From: Octopus vulgaris
Taxonomy: Eukaryota
NCBI GenBank assembly: GCA_951406725.2
Contig: OX597830.1
Location: 20,522,001 to 20,586,000, forward strand
Reading direction: 5' to 3'
DNA: 64,000 nucleotides
In this document: piece by piece, positions 44,401-60,482 of the stretch
Layout of the letters: every line of letters starts with the position of its first letter
Position numbering within the stretch: the stretch's first letter is position 1
Position numbers and translations under genes: made by a program
Notes under the pieces: generated by a model
Told to the model about the DNA's origin: nothing
Seen by the model: the letters and a program-made list of their open reading frames with translations, nothing else
Database searches by the model: none

Positions 44401-47400
44401 CGTGACGGTTTGCAACAAGAAAATGACCCTCGCAACATCGGCAAGCCATGCATTCTACCCTCCACCTTCACGGGAGGACCGCGATATATGCGTGAAAGGA
44501 CCCAAGACGCCTTGACCTACGTGCGCATTTACGGCCGGCCGGACCTCTTTATCACCTACACGTGCAATCCCAGCTGCGACGAAATCACTCGCGAACTCCT
44601 CCCGGGTCAATCTCACACCCATCGACACGACATCGTTGCTAGGGTTTTCCGTCTGAATTTGGGCAAAATGAAGGATTTGATAGTTAAGGGTCAGATTTTC
44701 GGGCATGTCAGGTGCCACATGTTTTCGGTCGAGTGGCAAAAGAGGGGCTTGCCACATGCTCACATCTTAATTTGGCTCACTCATAAAATCGAGACTAATG
44801 ACATTGACAAATTCATTTCCGCCGAGATTCCTGACCCCGATGAGGACCCCGGACTCTACGAAATTGTCCGCACTACCATGGTACACGGGCCCTGTGGACC
44901 AAATTACGCCAACACACCATGCTACAAAAACGGATTAGCCTGCTCAAAGGGATTCCCTAAACGGTTCACTTTGGAGACTCAAACAGGCGGCGATGGGTAT
45001 CCGCTGTACAAACGAAGGAGTCCAGCCAATGGAGGCCGCACGATTACGGTTGGGCGACATCAAGTGGACAACAGCTACATTGTCCCCTACTGTCCTCTCC
45101 TGTCGAAGATATTCAAAGCCCACGTCAACGTTGAGTTCTGCAGCTCCATCAGGTCAATACAATATGTCTGCAAATATATCAACGAAGGCAGCGATGCTGC
45201 CATGTTCAGCATCCATAGGACCACCAGTCGCGACGAAGTGTCCAACTACTTGACTGGCCGGTACCTCAGCAGCAACGAAGCATTTTGGCGCATTTACGGC
45301 TTCCCGCTCCATCAGAGACACCCGACTGTGGTGCAGCTTGCTGTACACTTGGAAAATGGACAGCGGATTTACTTCACAGAGCAAAGTGCTGTGCAGATAG
45401 CCACCAGCCCTAAAGACACAACGTTGACTGGTTTCTTCAAATTATGCCAACGTGATGACTTCGCTCGAACGCTTTTGTACCCACAGGTCCCATCGTACTT
45501 CGTGTAGTCTAAAAACACCTGGGTTCGACGGAAATCCGGCAAAAACGTCGAAAGCTTCCCAGGCGTCAAGTTTGACTCCTGCCTGGGTCGATTTACAACA
45601 TCCCGCCAAACCAGCAAGAATGCTTCTACCTCCGTCTCCTTCTACATGAGGTCACTGGTCCAACAGGTTTCGCCAATATACGTACCGTCAATGGGGTTCT
45701 GTGCGACACATTCAGGGAAGCATGTATGAGACTTGGCCTTCTAGAGGATGACTCCCAGTGGGACGCCACGATGGCAGAGGGTGCTTTACTGCAAACGCAT
45801 TCGGCCCTACGACATCTTTTCGCAATCCTTCTTCAAAAATGTCAGCTTAGTGATCCACTAAGTCTCTGGATGAAATACAGGGATGACATGTCGCACGACT
45901 TCTTACGTACGGCTCAGCAACACTGCCCTTCCGCCGAGATCACGTTCACCAACTTCATTTACAATTTTGCGCTCATTCAACTCGAAGACGCTGTCATCGA
46001 TATGGGTGGGTCTGCTTTAACAGAGTACGGCCTTCCACCACCCACACGTGAACACGCCAATGTTATGTCTGTTGAATTGTTACGCGAAACTTCCTACTGC
46101 ATTGAGGAACTGCACCAGTACGTCCAAGATAATGAACCACGGCTGCTTCCAGACCAGCGCATAGCCTACAACACCATCGTAGACTCTGTCAGACAGCAAC
46201 GTGGGGGGATTTTCTTCCTTGATGCACCCGGCGGCACTGGCAAAACCTTCGTCACTAAACTAATTCTGGCAGAGGTCAGACGCAACACGGACATTGCCCT
46301 GGCTGTAGCTTCCTCTGGTATTGCGGCCACGTTGCTTCCGGGTAGCAGAACCGCCCACTCTGCCTTCAGACTCCCGCTCGATCTGGCAAAGTCCGAGTCA
46401 CCTATCTGCAACATCGCCAAGAACTCAGAACAGGCCGACATTCTGCGCAGATGCAAACTCATCGTATGGGACGAGTGCACTATGGCACACAAAGGCGCCC
46501 TTGAGGCACTGGACAGGTCCCTGCAAGACATCAGAGACTCTACGGCCCCCATGGGAGGATTAACTTTACTTCTTTCAGGAGACTTCAGGCAGACTCTACC
46601 TGTTATTCCAAAAGGAACCCGTGCCGATGCCGTGCGCGCGTGCCTTAAGTCGTCAGCTCTTTGGGCACATGTGCGGCCCTTGCACCTCCAAACTAACATG
46701 CGCACGCAGTTAATTGGTGACAGCGGATCCGCTGCATTCTCCAGGGACCTGTTATCGCTCGGTGAAAATAGGATGCTGTCTGATGCGGATGGCTATGTTC
46801 AATTGGACTCACTTTGCACCATTGTCGACACCCCTGCTAGCCTCCGGGACACTGTCTTCCACGACCTACAAAACAATTTACGCGACCTAAAATGGCTGGC
46901 AGGCAGAGCTATTCTCGCACCCAAAAATACAACCGTCAACTCCATCAATATCCAGCTACTTGAAGCTATTCCTGGTGATGTCCACGTCTACAAATCTATA
47001 GATAGGACAGCAGACCCCGCCCAGCTTGCCGATTATCCTGTTGAATTCCTGAATTCACTTGAACCGCCAGGCCTGCCACCACACATCCTGAAGTTAAAAG
47101 TCGGTGCGCCCATTATGCTCATCAGGAATTTGGTTCCACCTAAACAGTGCAACGGCACACGTTTGGTTGTGAAACATTTGGCACCACATTTAATAACGGC
47201 CACAATACTTACCGGTTGTGGGAAGGGAGAGGACGTCTTCATTCCACGGATGCACCTTCAACCGTCGGGCGCTGACCTACCAATCCACTTCAGGCGTTCT
47301 CAGTTTCCTGTTAAACTCTGCTTCGCAATGTCCATCAATAAATCCCAAGGCCAAACGCTACAAGTCGCTGGGTTACATTTGGGCGAACAGTGCTTCGCCC

Positions 47401-47631
47401 ACGGTCAACTCTACGTGGGCTGTTCACGCGTTGGGAGGCGCAATGATGTTTTCATGTTTTCGCCCAAACGGACAGCTAGGAACATCGTATATACAGAAGT
47501 ATTCCAGTGAAGACAAGACATTGCAACGTCCACATGCACCTTCGTTCCCTGGAGGAAAGGACTACATTGGGATTAGTTGTTGCCTACTAGGGGCTCTTAC
47601 ATACCCGGGCAACGCCGGGCTATGCTGCTAG
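41491..47631 (+). mobile_element. Autonomous-type Helitron (rolling-circle transposon), full length, inserted at A|T inside a (CATA)n array
   Basis: 5' TC at 41491 preceded by A. 3' CTAG at 47628-47631 followed by T. Subterminal hairpin CCCGG-gcaacg-CCGGG at 47604-47619. No TSD; flanks read catacataca|...|tacatacat. Encodes RepHel. Confidence 0.95.
42640..47510 (+). pseudogene. Helitron RepHel (HUH Rep endonuclease + PIF1-family SF1 helicase), about 1623 aa when repaired; disrupted by TAG at 45505-45507 and a 1-nt deletion near 45592
   Basis: ATG at 42640 gives MPPKKRR (NLS-like). Zn-finger-like CQFC...CC. Rep motifs PDLFITYTCNP, VEWQKRGLPHAHIL (HUH) and YVCKY. Helicase motifs DAPGGTGKT, IVWDEC, GDFRQTLPV, FAMSINKSQGQTL and HGQLYVGCSRV. 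The gap between the two track ORFs reads (W)SKNTWVRRK...LGR, then after the shift YNIPPNQQECFYLRLLLHEVTGP...FREAC, a typical Helitron linker. Confidence 0.95.
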
Positions 47632-47720
47632 TACATACATATACTTACAAATGAGTGTACTTTTATATGTCTCTCTCCATCTATAAATAGAGGGGGAGAA
47701 AGCAAGAAAGAAAGAAAGAG

Positions 47721-47761
<41 letters not shown>

Positions 47762-47762
47762 T

Positions 47763-47807
<45 letters not shown>

Positions 47808-48012
47808 TAGATAGACAGATAGATAAATAGATAAATAGATATGCATGGCTTACATATACACACACACACACACATAAAAACGCACACGCACAAACACACA
47901 TACGTGCACACACGCACAAACATAATATTGTGACAAATATTTAATTTTGTGGATGCGTAGGAGGTGTTGAGACACAATTTTTTAGTTTGTTCACTCGCGT
48001 GGATGTGCATGC

Positions 48013-48116
<104 letters not shown>

Positions 48117-48377
48117 GAATAGCATAAAATACGGATTCATAGAATCATGCAACTATCCCTGTAATCAAGATGATGTAACTATGGCGGTTTGATGATCTGA
48201 TGAGCTAGTTTTCTTTATTTACACGAAGTGTATAATAGAATGCAAAATGAATTATATAGAAGGCTGAATAGTAGGATGCAAAATAAAATTCAGGTTAATT
48301 AAGACTTGAGGTTTTCGCATTTTTCATGCTGAATAACCGGAAGACGAAACACTAAGTCGCATATGTATATGGATATA

Positions 48378-48472
48378 CCGTAAATCCTCGAGTATAGTCC
48401 GCCCTTGAGTATAATACGCAGGGTATTTTTAGGGGGCTCTACTGCTGAAAAACCTAAACCTTGTGTATAATA
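48378..48472 (+). mobile_element. Single end of a Tc2/pogo-like element abutting the mariner
   Basis: TA|CCGTAAATCCTCGAGTATAG terminus with three subterminal gagtata(g/a)t repeats. Confidence 0.5.
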
Positions 48473-49457
48473 CAGGGCAGGGCTATATGGTGGATGTGGC
48501 ACCACTTCCCAGCCAAGCTCCAATCATTTTCACGAGTTAGCAAAGATGTGTGTAGTCTAGTGCTGTCATGGTGGAACACGATTCCTTTACGATTTGCCAA
48601 TTCTGGCCGTTTTCCCTTGATTGATTCCTCCAGTTTCATTAGTTGTTGACAGTAAACATCTGAATTGATCGTTTGGTTACTTGGAAGCACCTCAAAATAC
48701 GCAATACCTTTGTAATCACACCAAATTGACAACATGACCTTTTTTTATGCAATTCAGCTTTCGATATGGTTTGTGCTGGTTCATTACGCTTGGACCATGA
48801 TTGTTCTCGATTGATGTTATTGTAGACAATCCATTTTTCATTACCAGTGATTATTCGTTTCAAAACAAGGTTGATTTCATTGCTTTAGGGATGCATATCG
48901 CAAATATTGATTCGTTGTGTTAAGGGACTCTCTTTCAATTTATGAAGAACCCAAATATCGAGCTTCTTAATGAGTCCAAGACATTTTAAGTGATTTTCAA
49001 TTGTTGTGTGTGATACATTTAACCTCTGTTCAATCTCTCGCACAGTTATATGGCAATCAGATTCAATTATGGCTTTGATTCGGTCATCAGCAACTTCAGT
49101 AGGTCGAACAGAACGTTCTGGAGTGAAAAATCTCCAGAACGGAATTAAAAAATCCTTTCTGACATGTGCATTCTGTTTAGCAATCAAAACAATAAACTTC
49201 ACATATCTCTATCTTGCCTTTACGGAAATAAAAAAGCAAAATATGGCGAAAATGTTCGTTTTTGCACTCTATGTTAAAATTGACATGGAACTAACAGCTG
49301 TAAACAAAATTATGCGCAATTTGCTTCTAAAGTAAGCTAAAAGTAACGGCTATCAAATCTCAAAAGGAAAACAATTCATAACATTGACAAAAGTCATTCA
49401 AAACAATCCTAAGTATTTATTTGCGAAAAACCAAATTACTTTCTTGCCAAACCAGTA
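48473..49457 (-). mobile_element. Mariner (D,D34D; Hsmar1/cecropia-like) transposon relic, 3'-truncated
   Basis: Frameshifted segments KKLDIWVLHKL, ITGNEKWIVYNN, VFHHDSTRLH and WEVVPHPPYSPAL. TIR-like TA-ctggtttggcaagaaagtaatttggttttt ends at 49457. Confidence 0.88.
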
Positions 49458-49742
49458 TGTATATATATATATATATATTTAAAAAAGGAGATGTCGAACA
49501 CGAGTTGTGATATATAAAAAAGGAAATGAAGAAAATGCTGACAAAATAATTGAAGTAATTTAAGTAATTTAATTAGGTGAAAGTTCTTTTTACCGGTTGC
49601 GCATTTGTTATGCTTATCAAAATATAAAAGAGAGATTAGAGTTCCTTCCTGATAGATTTTTTCCTCTTATCTGATAGATTTTTTCCTCTTATAAATTCTT
49701 ATAAAGATGATTTTATCCTATTTTTCAATTGTGCGTGTGTGA

Positions 49743-49798
<56 letters not shown>

Positions 49799-50195
49799 TC
49801 ACACACGCACAATTGAAAAATAGGATAAAATCTTTATAAGAATTTATCAAGTATGAAAAACCTTATAAGGGAAAAATCCATCAATTTATTCCTCTTAAAT
49901 ATATTTACTTATATTAAGGGCTTTACTATACATAAATGCCTCACGCTATAAGGGACTTTAAAGTTAAAACTACCATAATAAATGAACACATTGTACCGAA
50001 TTCGAGGGAATGCAACTTTCGAAGCGAGCATCTTAAAAACAGAATTCAGCTGCATATCATATGATTTCATAATTAGTGCACAAAATGCACTTTTTAATCT
50101 TCAGTGCAAGCATGATTCAAGATACACAAAATGAACGAAAATCAACATACCAGAAGAACAGCAAATATATCCAGCATAGTACATAGAATTGTTCA

Positions 50196-50265
<70 letters not shown>

Positions 50266-50909
50266 AAAAGGCGGGCTTTTCGAACTGCATCTCGGTACAT
50301 GTGTTTATTCGGAATAAAATTCAGCACTGAATATATTCCGGTTAAATTTACAATTGAAAGAATTTATTATGGTAGTTTTGACTTTAAAAGTCCCTCCTAG
50401 CGTGAGTCATTTATGTATACTAATGCCCTTAACATAAGTATATATATATATATATATATATATATAAGATTTCCAGAGAGGACGTTTGAATCAAGCAGAC
50501 TACGATTGATACATACATATACCGATTTAATTATTATAGAATTGTCCAATCTAAAACATATATTAATACATTCGGAATATAAAGATAGCGTCTAGCGTCT
50601 CGGGTCTGACTCGAGTACTTCCATGCTTTCTATGCTTTTCGATAGAAAATTATGATTTTATACATATATATATATATATATATATACACATCTATATAAT
50701 CTTTCATTTCTTTCAGTCATTAGATTGTGGACAGGCTGAGGTACCGTCTTCAAGAACTTTTAGTCGAATGAATCGACCCAAAGACTTATTTAATTAAGCC
50801 TTGTATTTAACAGACTGACAGACTGACAAAGACAGATAGACAGACAAACGGACAGACAGATAGATGGATAGACAGACAGACAGACAGACCGATAGATAGA
50901 TAGACAGAC

Positions 50910-50959
<50 letters not shown>

Positions 50960-51820
50960 GTAGACAGACAGACATACAGACAGAAAGACAGATTGTCAGA
51001 GAGTCAGACAGATACTTAAACAGCCGGGCATTCAAGCAAATAGACAGACAGTACAAAACATTTCTATACAATGTATCATCCACCATTTTGCCGCCGCTGT
51101 ACCGTTATTTTAAACGTTCAGTAACCATTTTGTTTTTGTTTGGTCTTTTTCCCTCCGCCATTCTATCCTCCCCCGCATCACTGCGTACCCCACCCCCGCA
51201 TCACTGCGTACCCCACCCCCGCTTCCACCCTCTTCCTCCTCCTCCTTCAACTCTCTTTTGTCCCTTTCCCTCCTCCCTCTCTCTATCTCTTTCCCCTCAT
51301 TCTCTGCTTCTGTCTTTTCTCTTATATCATCAACATTGACAGGTTAAAGTCCGAACTACTGTAAGATAGGAAGGGGCAACCCCGCTCCTCACATTTCATT
51401 TATGTACATACACAAACACACACACACATACACATATATATATACGCACATATATATACATATACACACACACACAAACATACACTTAAACAGATACATC
51501 ACTACACACCAACACTACAGCCTAAATTACAGCATTGCCAAAACCACCGCCAATACACTTCCAAGGGTTGTTTACCTACCCAATACCAGACACACCAATT
51601 ACCTCTTCCACGCTTGTCCTGCCTTTTGCCGACTTTTTCAGCCCCACCTCCACCAACGCCTCCACCAGCATCCAGCCATTCACCACACCGGTTCCCCCTC
51701 CTGCTCTTCATGTCCACATCACCCATGTACACGTGCATAAATACATAAATATACATATACATATACATATATATATATATGTGAGTGTGTGTGTATTTAC
51801 ATGCATATATACATATATAC

Positions 51821-51864
<44 letters not shown>

Positions 51865-52055
51865 AGATAGATAAATACATAGAAAAATATAGTTGTATAA
51901 GGAAATAGACATATATAAATATGTATACGTATATAGATGATAAGATACACACATACCTGACAGACACACATACACACATATCTATGTACATATATATATA
52001 TATAAATACACACACACACACACATTTATAGGTATGAAGACTGTCAGGTATGTTT

Positions 52056-52124
<69 letters not shown>

Positions 52125-52176
52125 AGAGACAGAAAGCGAGATACATATATACATAAAACAGATAGATCAATATATC

Positions 52177-52214
<38 letters not shown>

Positions 52215-52273
52215 TCGATAGATAGATAGATAGATAGACAGACATACAGTCAGATAGATAGATAGATAGATAT

Positions 52274-52351
<78 letters not shown>

Positions 52352-53408
52352 CTATATTTATGTGTACGTATATAAGAATCCATGTCTATATATGCTTATA
52401 TATATGTGTGTGTGTGTGTGTGTTTGTGTGTGTGTATAAATATACGTAAATATATATGTATACATGTACATGTATTTCACTCTTTCTCTCTCGTATATAT
52501 ATATGAGTGTGTATATGTGTGTATAGACATACATATGCTTGTATATACACATAGGTAAATAGATAGATAATACATGTAGATGTGCATTCACACACACACA
52601 TGTTCAAACACATACACGCACACACACACAGACATTCACACCACACGACACACTCAGGTACACACATACATACACATTCATACGCACATTCACGCACTCA
52701 CACACACACATTCACACACACACGGGCACACACTCACACACACACACACACGCATACACACACTCACACAAGCACACACGCATACACACACTCACAGAAG
52801 TACACACATACATACACACACACTCACACACGCACATGGACACACACATATACGCACATACATACATACATGCACACAGAAACATACACGCACACACAAA
52901 CACATACACACGCACAAAACCCACACACATACGCACAGAAACAAACACACACACGCACACAACACACACACACATACGCAAAGAAACATACACTCACACA
53001 CACGCACACATACACACATATACACATACACACAGAAATACACATGCACACACACACTTACACACACACACTCACGCATAGCCAAAGAAATTGCCAAAGC
53101 GAGCTGATGTCGTATTGTGGAATGGATCTTCTTTCACAACTTTCAACGAAGAACATCCCAACCGGATCATCCCACCCCAATCCAATCTGTCCCAACACTA
53201 CACAACACAAACAGCGGCACCGCCACCGCAGCCGCCGCCACCAACACCAACGCCACCGCCTCCAGACCACACATTCATCTGAGCACCAACTCCCGCCACC
53301 CCGCTCGCTTTTCCTTCTTACCTCAGCAGCGACTCATATCAACCAATCCCTCCCGTCTATCGTCTGCTGTCTATATAATGTACCGCTTTTCTTTCTGCTC
53401 TCCATCCA

Positions 53409-53451
<43 letters not shown>

Positions 53452-53463
53452 CATACATATATA

Positions 53464-53527
<64 letters not shown>

Positions 53528-53573
53528 TATACATATATATATATATGCACTGGATGGTGATATATATATATGT

Positions 53574-53618
<45 letters not shown>

Positions 53619-53704
53619 CATACTTATATTCATACGTGTGGGGGGTGTATGCGTGCGTGTCTTTGCGGGACTGTGTGTTTATGAATATATATATATATGT
53701 GTGT

Positions 53705-53744
<40 letters not shown>

Positions 53745-55121
53745 GTGCGTGTGAATGTGCTTGTGTGTATGTATATTGAGAAATACAGATATGTCAATAA
53801 ATATAAGCATATATATTTATATATATATAAATATATAAGTATGTATAAGGGTGCACGTGTATATATACGTATATACACACGTACATGTGTCTGTAGGTGT
53901 GTAGGTGTGTGTATGCACATAATTGTATTTAAAAACAAACACATACATATAAAATTATGCACACACATATAAACATTGCTATCACTCTCTCATTCTGCTC
54001 TCTCACTCTCCCATTTCTGCCATTCTCTTTCTCTCTCTTTCTCACTCCCTCTCTCTGTCTGTCTCTCTCTCTCTCTGCTTCTCTTCTACTTTCACTTTCT
54101 CTCCTCCGTACCATATTTTTGATTGCCGTGTACAGGCCGTTTTACTTTTGGTTATTGCCACAACTATGAATCATAAATATTCTCACACCACAACCCCCCT
54201 CCGACAGACACCATCGTCGCCGTCACCGCCGCCGCCGCCGCCGCCACTGCCGCCGCCGCCATCGCCGCCATCAACACACCCTCCACCTCATTATCTCCAC
54301 CGTTATCTTCGTCTCCATCACATCGTCATCACCACCGCTACCTGCTGCAACAGCCAGCTCCACCACCACCACCGCCACCGCCGCCACCAGCAGCAGCCAC
54401 CACCACCACCACCACCACCAGCGCTATAGCCACTTCCACCAACACTAGCACCACTGCCACCACCATCACTATCACAACCACCACCGCCACCACCACCCTC
54501 ACCACCAACGTTAGTAGCCCCCATCTTCACAACCACTATAACCACCACCACCAATACCACCACTAGTACCACTACCACCACTTCCACCGCCACTACTACC
54601 ACTACCGCCACCACCATCGTCAATACATCGTTACTACTACCCAACACCATCATCATCATCATCATCATCGTCATCATCAATACCAACAGCACCACAAACA
54701 CCACCTCCTTTATCGCATAGTCATAACCACTACAACCACCACCACCACCACCACTACCATCACCAGGTACAACAACCACTACCGCCTTCATCCATTACTA
54801 CCACCACCACGGCCACCCCGCTACAACCACCACCACTACAATCGCCATACCATCAACAACCATCACCATCACGACCATGACAAACAGAGAAAAGAGGGGG
54901 AACTCTTGTGGTTGCGATGCCTGCCAGAAAGAGCAGTCAAATCTATCTCAAATAATCATTTGAGTTATATAGTCTTCTATATTCCTCAGATAATAAACGT
55001 GACAGTCATGGCTGTATTGCCTTTGATGACAGGTGCTCGATCAACTTTGACCTGCGTCTAACAACAATTAAGGCTTACACCATCAACCGTGCAGTCACTA
55101 TCATGACAAATGACACCAACC

Positions 55122-55207
<86 letters not shown>

Positions 55208-55212
55208 CGCTC

Positions 55213-56205
<993 letters not shown>

Positions 56206-56235
56206 ACGGATTGTTGTTGTTGTGGTTATTATTAT

Positions 56236-56607
56236 ACTCTTTTACCTGTTTCAGTCATTTTACTGTGGCCATGCTGGAGCACCGCCTTTAGTCGAGCAAA
56301 TCGACCCCAGGACTTATTCTGTGTAAGCCTAGTACTTATTCTATCGGTGTATTTTGCCGAACCGCTGAGTTACGGGGACGTAAACACACAGCATCGGTTG
56401 TCAAGCGATGTTGGGAGGACAAACACAGACATACAAACATATACACAAACATACACATGCACACACAAACATACACACAAACACACACACACACATATAT
56501 ATATCCATATATACGACGGGCTTCTTTTCAGTTTCCGTCTACCAAATCCACTCACAAGGCTTTGGTCGGCCCGAGGCTATAGCAGAATACACTTTCCCGA
56601 GGTACCA
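56236..56607 (-). mobile_element. SINE family A, head truncated
   Basis: Homologous to 28031-28444. Confidence 0.85.
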
Positions 56608-56609
56608 TG

Positions 56610-56692
<83 letters not shown>

Positions 56693-56861
56693 ATCCTTCG
56701 CTATCACCATCACACAACTGCAACCAACACCAGCAGCACCGTCCTTGCTTCGACCACTGCCACTATCACTACTACTACAGCAACCCCCACCATCACCACC
56801 ACTATCCCTACTACTACTCCTACTACTACTAGTCCTACTACTGCTACAACTACTACTAGCT

Positions 56862-56915
<54 letters not shown>

Positions 56916-57023
56916 CAGCAGCAGTAGTACAAGTAATAATAGTAAGTGTAGTGGTGGAGGTGGTGGTGGTAGTAGAGTTATGGATTTTATAGGTGTTGGT
57001 AGTCAGTTTCATGGATTTGATGT

Positions 57024-57105
<82 letters not shown>

Positions 57106-57349
57106 GGTGGTGGTAGTGCTGGTGCTGGTGTCTCCATCAGTATCTTTTCTGAACGCTATCTTTAGTACCAATACCAGTATAGGAACATCGCGACAGACAG
57201 TGTTGTGAGCACTACTTCCACCGCTGCCACCACACACAGCCACAACTAACGACACCACCTCTACTACAACCTCCACTATGAGTATCACTTAACAAAATCC
57301 TTCTAGCTCATCCATCGGCATTGCCTTTCTCACCACCAACAACCACTTA

Positions 57350-57419
<70 letters not shown>

Positions 57420-58224
57420 GCCACTTCTACCGACATTCATCAAATCCACGAAAATGACTACTGATACCTATAAAATCCATATCTCTACTACCTCCTCCAC
57501 CACTACCACCATGCTGCTTCTGCTGCTACTACTACTACCACTACTACTTATACTACTACTAACATCAAATCCATGAAACTGACTACCAACACCTATAAAA
57601 TCCATAACTCTACTACCACCACCACCACCTCCACCACTACACTTACTATTACTACTACTACTGCCACTACTACTACTACTACCACTACTTATGCCATGCA
57701 GTCCACCAAATTGATGGACGTCACCTCCATCCCGCCCATCATTATCATCATCTTCATCATTCCTCCGTCACAACCGCCACTACCATTAAACTAACCGACC
57801 AGACTAGGAAAACCACCATCGCTGCCAACATCTCCCACCCACCCCCACTGCAGTCCACAACAACAACAACAACAACACGAAGTGACAGTAGCAGTCCATC
57901 ATATATAAGGGCGTGTCTGTCTGTCAGTTAACCAATCCACGAAATTCTTGGATCCCAACATCTCTGTCTCTCTCTCTCTCTCTCTGACTTTCTTTTTTCT
58001 CTCTCTCCCTCTATGTGTTTCTCTCTGCTCTCTCTCTCTCACTGTATCTATCTATCTATCTATCTATCTCTTATAAAATGGATTCTTCCCATGGCTTCAT
58101 CCTACCTTTACACAGTTTCACTTTCACTTCCTACCTTAGTTTCACTTTCACTTTCACTTGTCTCCTTACTGTTGCTGTTGTTATTGTTATTGCTGTTGTT
58201 GATGATGATGATGATGTTTTTGTT

Positions 58225-58255
<31 letters not shown>

Positions 58256-59117
58256 TTGTGGGTGGTGGTGGTGGTGATGGTGGTGGTGGTGGTGGTGATG
58301 GTGGTGATGGTGGTGGTGGTGGTGGGTTGGTACAATTGTTGTTGATATTGTTGGTTATAACGGTGGTAGTGTTAGCAGTGGAGGAGGTGGTGGTGGTGGT
58401 GGTGATGGCGGAATTTTTGCTGTTACTGTTGGCAGTGGTGTTAATGGTGATGGTGGTAGTAGTGGTGGTGGTGGTAGTGGTGGTGGTGGTGGTGGTGGTG
58501 GTGGTGGTGGTAGTTTCGGTGGTGGAATTTTTGCTGTTATTGTTGGCAGTGGTGCAGGTGGTGATGGCGGGTGATAGTGGTAGTGGTGGTAGTATTAGTG
58601 GTGGTTGTAGTGGAAGCTGTAGAGTGGGCCCGGGGGTGACGGTGTTGGTGGCGGTGGTTGTGATGGAAATTTTTTTATTGTTGTCGGCAGTGGTGATGGT
58701 GGTGGCGGCGACGGCGGCGGCGATGGCGATGGTGGTGGAGGTGGTTATAGTTGGGGGTGGTGATAGTGATGGTGGTGGTGGTGGTGGTGGTGGTGATGTA
58801 GTTGTTACAGGCCTTGTTCTTGTTGCAACTATTTATTGACGTTGTTATTGCAATTATTGCTCTTCTTCTTCTTCTTCTTCTTCTTCTTTTTCTTCTTCTT
58901 CTTCTTCCCCTCCTCCTCCTCCTCCTCCTCCTCCTTCTTCTTCTTCTTCTTCTTCTTCTTCTTCTTCTTCATGTTACCCATTCGTAATGCTCTTCTTGCT
59001 CTTGTTATTGTCTCTGATTACTGGTCATGCCGTTCGTGTTGTTATTCTTCCTGTTATTAACTACGTTTGTTGACGTTCTTATTGCCTTCGTTCTTCTTAC
59101 CACTGAAGGTGTTGCAG

Positions 59118-59152
<35 letters not shown>

Positions 59153-59415
59153 GCTGCTGCTCCTGCTATTATAATTGTTACTCTCACTGTTGCTATGGTG
59201 GTAGTTATTTTTTTGCTATGAATGTTCCTGGATTTTGTTATTGTTGTTATTGCAGTTGTTGATGTCGTTGTTAACTTTGTTTAACTTCCTTCCTTCCTTC
59301 CTTCCTTCCTTCCTTCCTTCCTTCCTTCCTTCCTTCCTTCCTTCCTTCCATTTTCGTTTTCTCTATTTATCTATCAATACATCTCTTTTAGTATGTATAG
59401 CTATATATCCATCTA

Positions 59416-59458
<43 letters not shown>

Positions 59459-59507
59459 ATATATATATATATCTGTCTGTCTATCCATCAATCTATCTAT
59501 CTATCTT

Positions 59508-59575
<68 letters not shown>

Positions 59576-59869
59576 TGTCTGTCTGTCTGTCTATTCATCT
59601 ATCTATTTATCTATCAACCTATTACATATATATATCTGCGTGTGTGTGTGTGAGTGTGTGTATGTATATATTTACATGTATATATATGTATAAATATATA
59701 TACACACACACACACATACATTTACATAGACAGATAGAGAGATACATACATGTATACATATATATATATATATGTGTGTGTGTGTGTTTGCATATATATA
59801 TATATATATATGCGTCTGTGTGCGAGTGTATATGTATGTATACATGCTTATATTTTCCATGTGCATCAG

Positions 59870-60057
59870 TCTTTCGACTGCGGTCATGCTAGGGCCCCGC
59901 CATCCAGGGGTTAGTCTAAAGAATCGACCCCAGTACTTTAATTTTCAAGTCTGATATTTATTTTGTCGGTATCTTTTGCCGAGTCGATAAGTTACAAGCG
60001 TAAACAAACCAACCATGATTGTTAAGCTAATTGGTCCGGGCGAACACAGACACAAGG
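59870..60057 (-). mobile_element. SINE family A, diverged 3' half
   Basis: gactgcggtcatgct...atcgacccca...ttttgccga...taaacaaacca. Confidence 0.6.
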
Positions 60058-60085
60058 ACACATACACCCATTTAGCTTAACAATC

Positions 60086-60134
<49 letters not shown>

Positions 60135-60196
60135 TATATATATGTATACATATATATGTATATATATATATATATACATACATGTACATATATAAA

Positions 60197-60299
<103 letters not shown>

Positions 60300-60347
60300 C
60301 ACACATATATATATGTATATGTATATATACATATATATATGTATATG

Positions 60348-60383
<36 letters not shown>

Positions 60384-60482
60384 ATTATATGTGTGTGTTT
60401 GTATTTTTTCATTCATTTATTCTTTTATGCGTTTCAACCCTAAAGCTGTGACCAACCTGGAATATATATATATATATTCTTT

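Noticed and set aside
45726-47510. Stand-alone host PIF1 helicase gene
   Set aside because: It is continuous with Rep through a typical Helitron linker and enclosed by Helitron termini.
42628-47631. Short antisense and alternative-frame ORFs overlapping RepHel
   Set aside because: Expected shadows of a GC-rich coding region, with no motifs.
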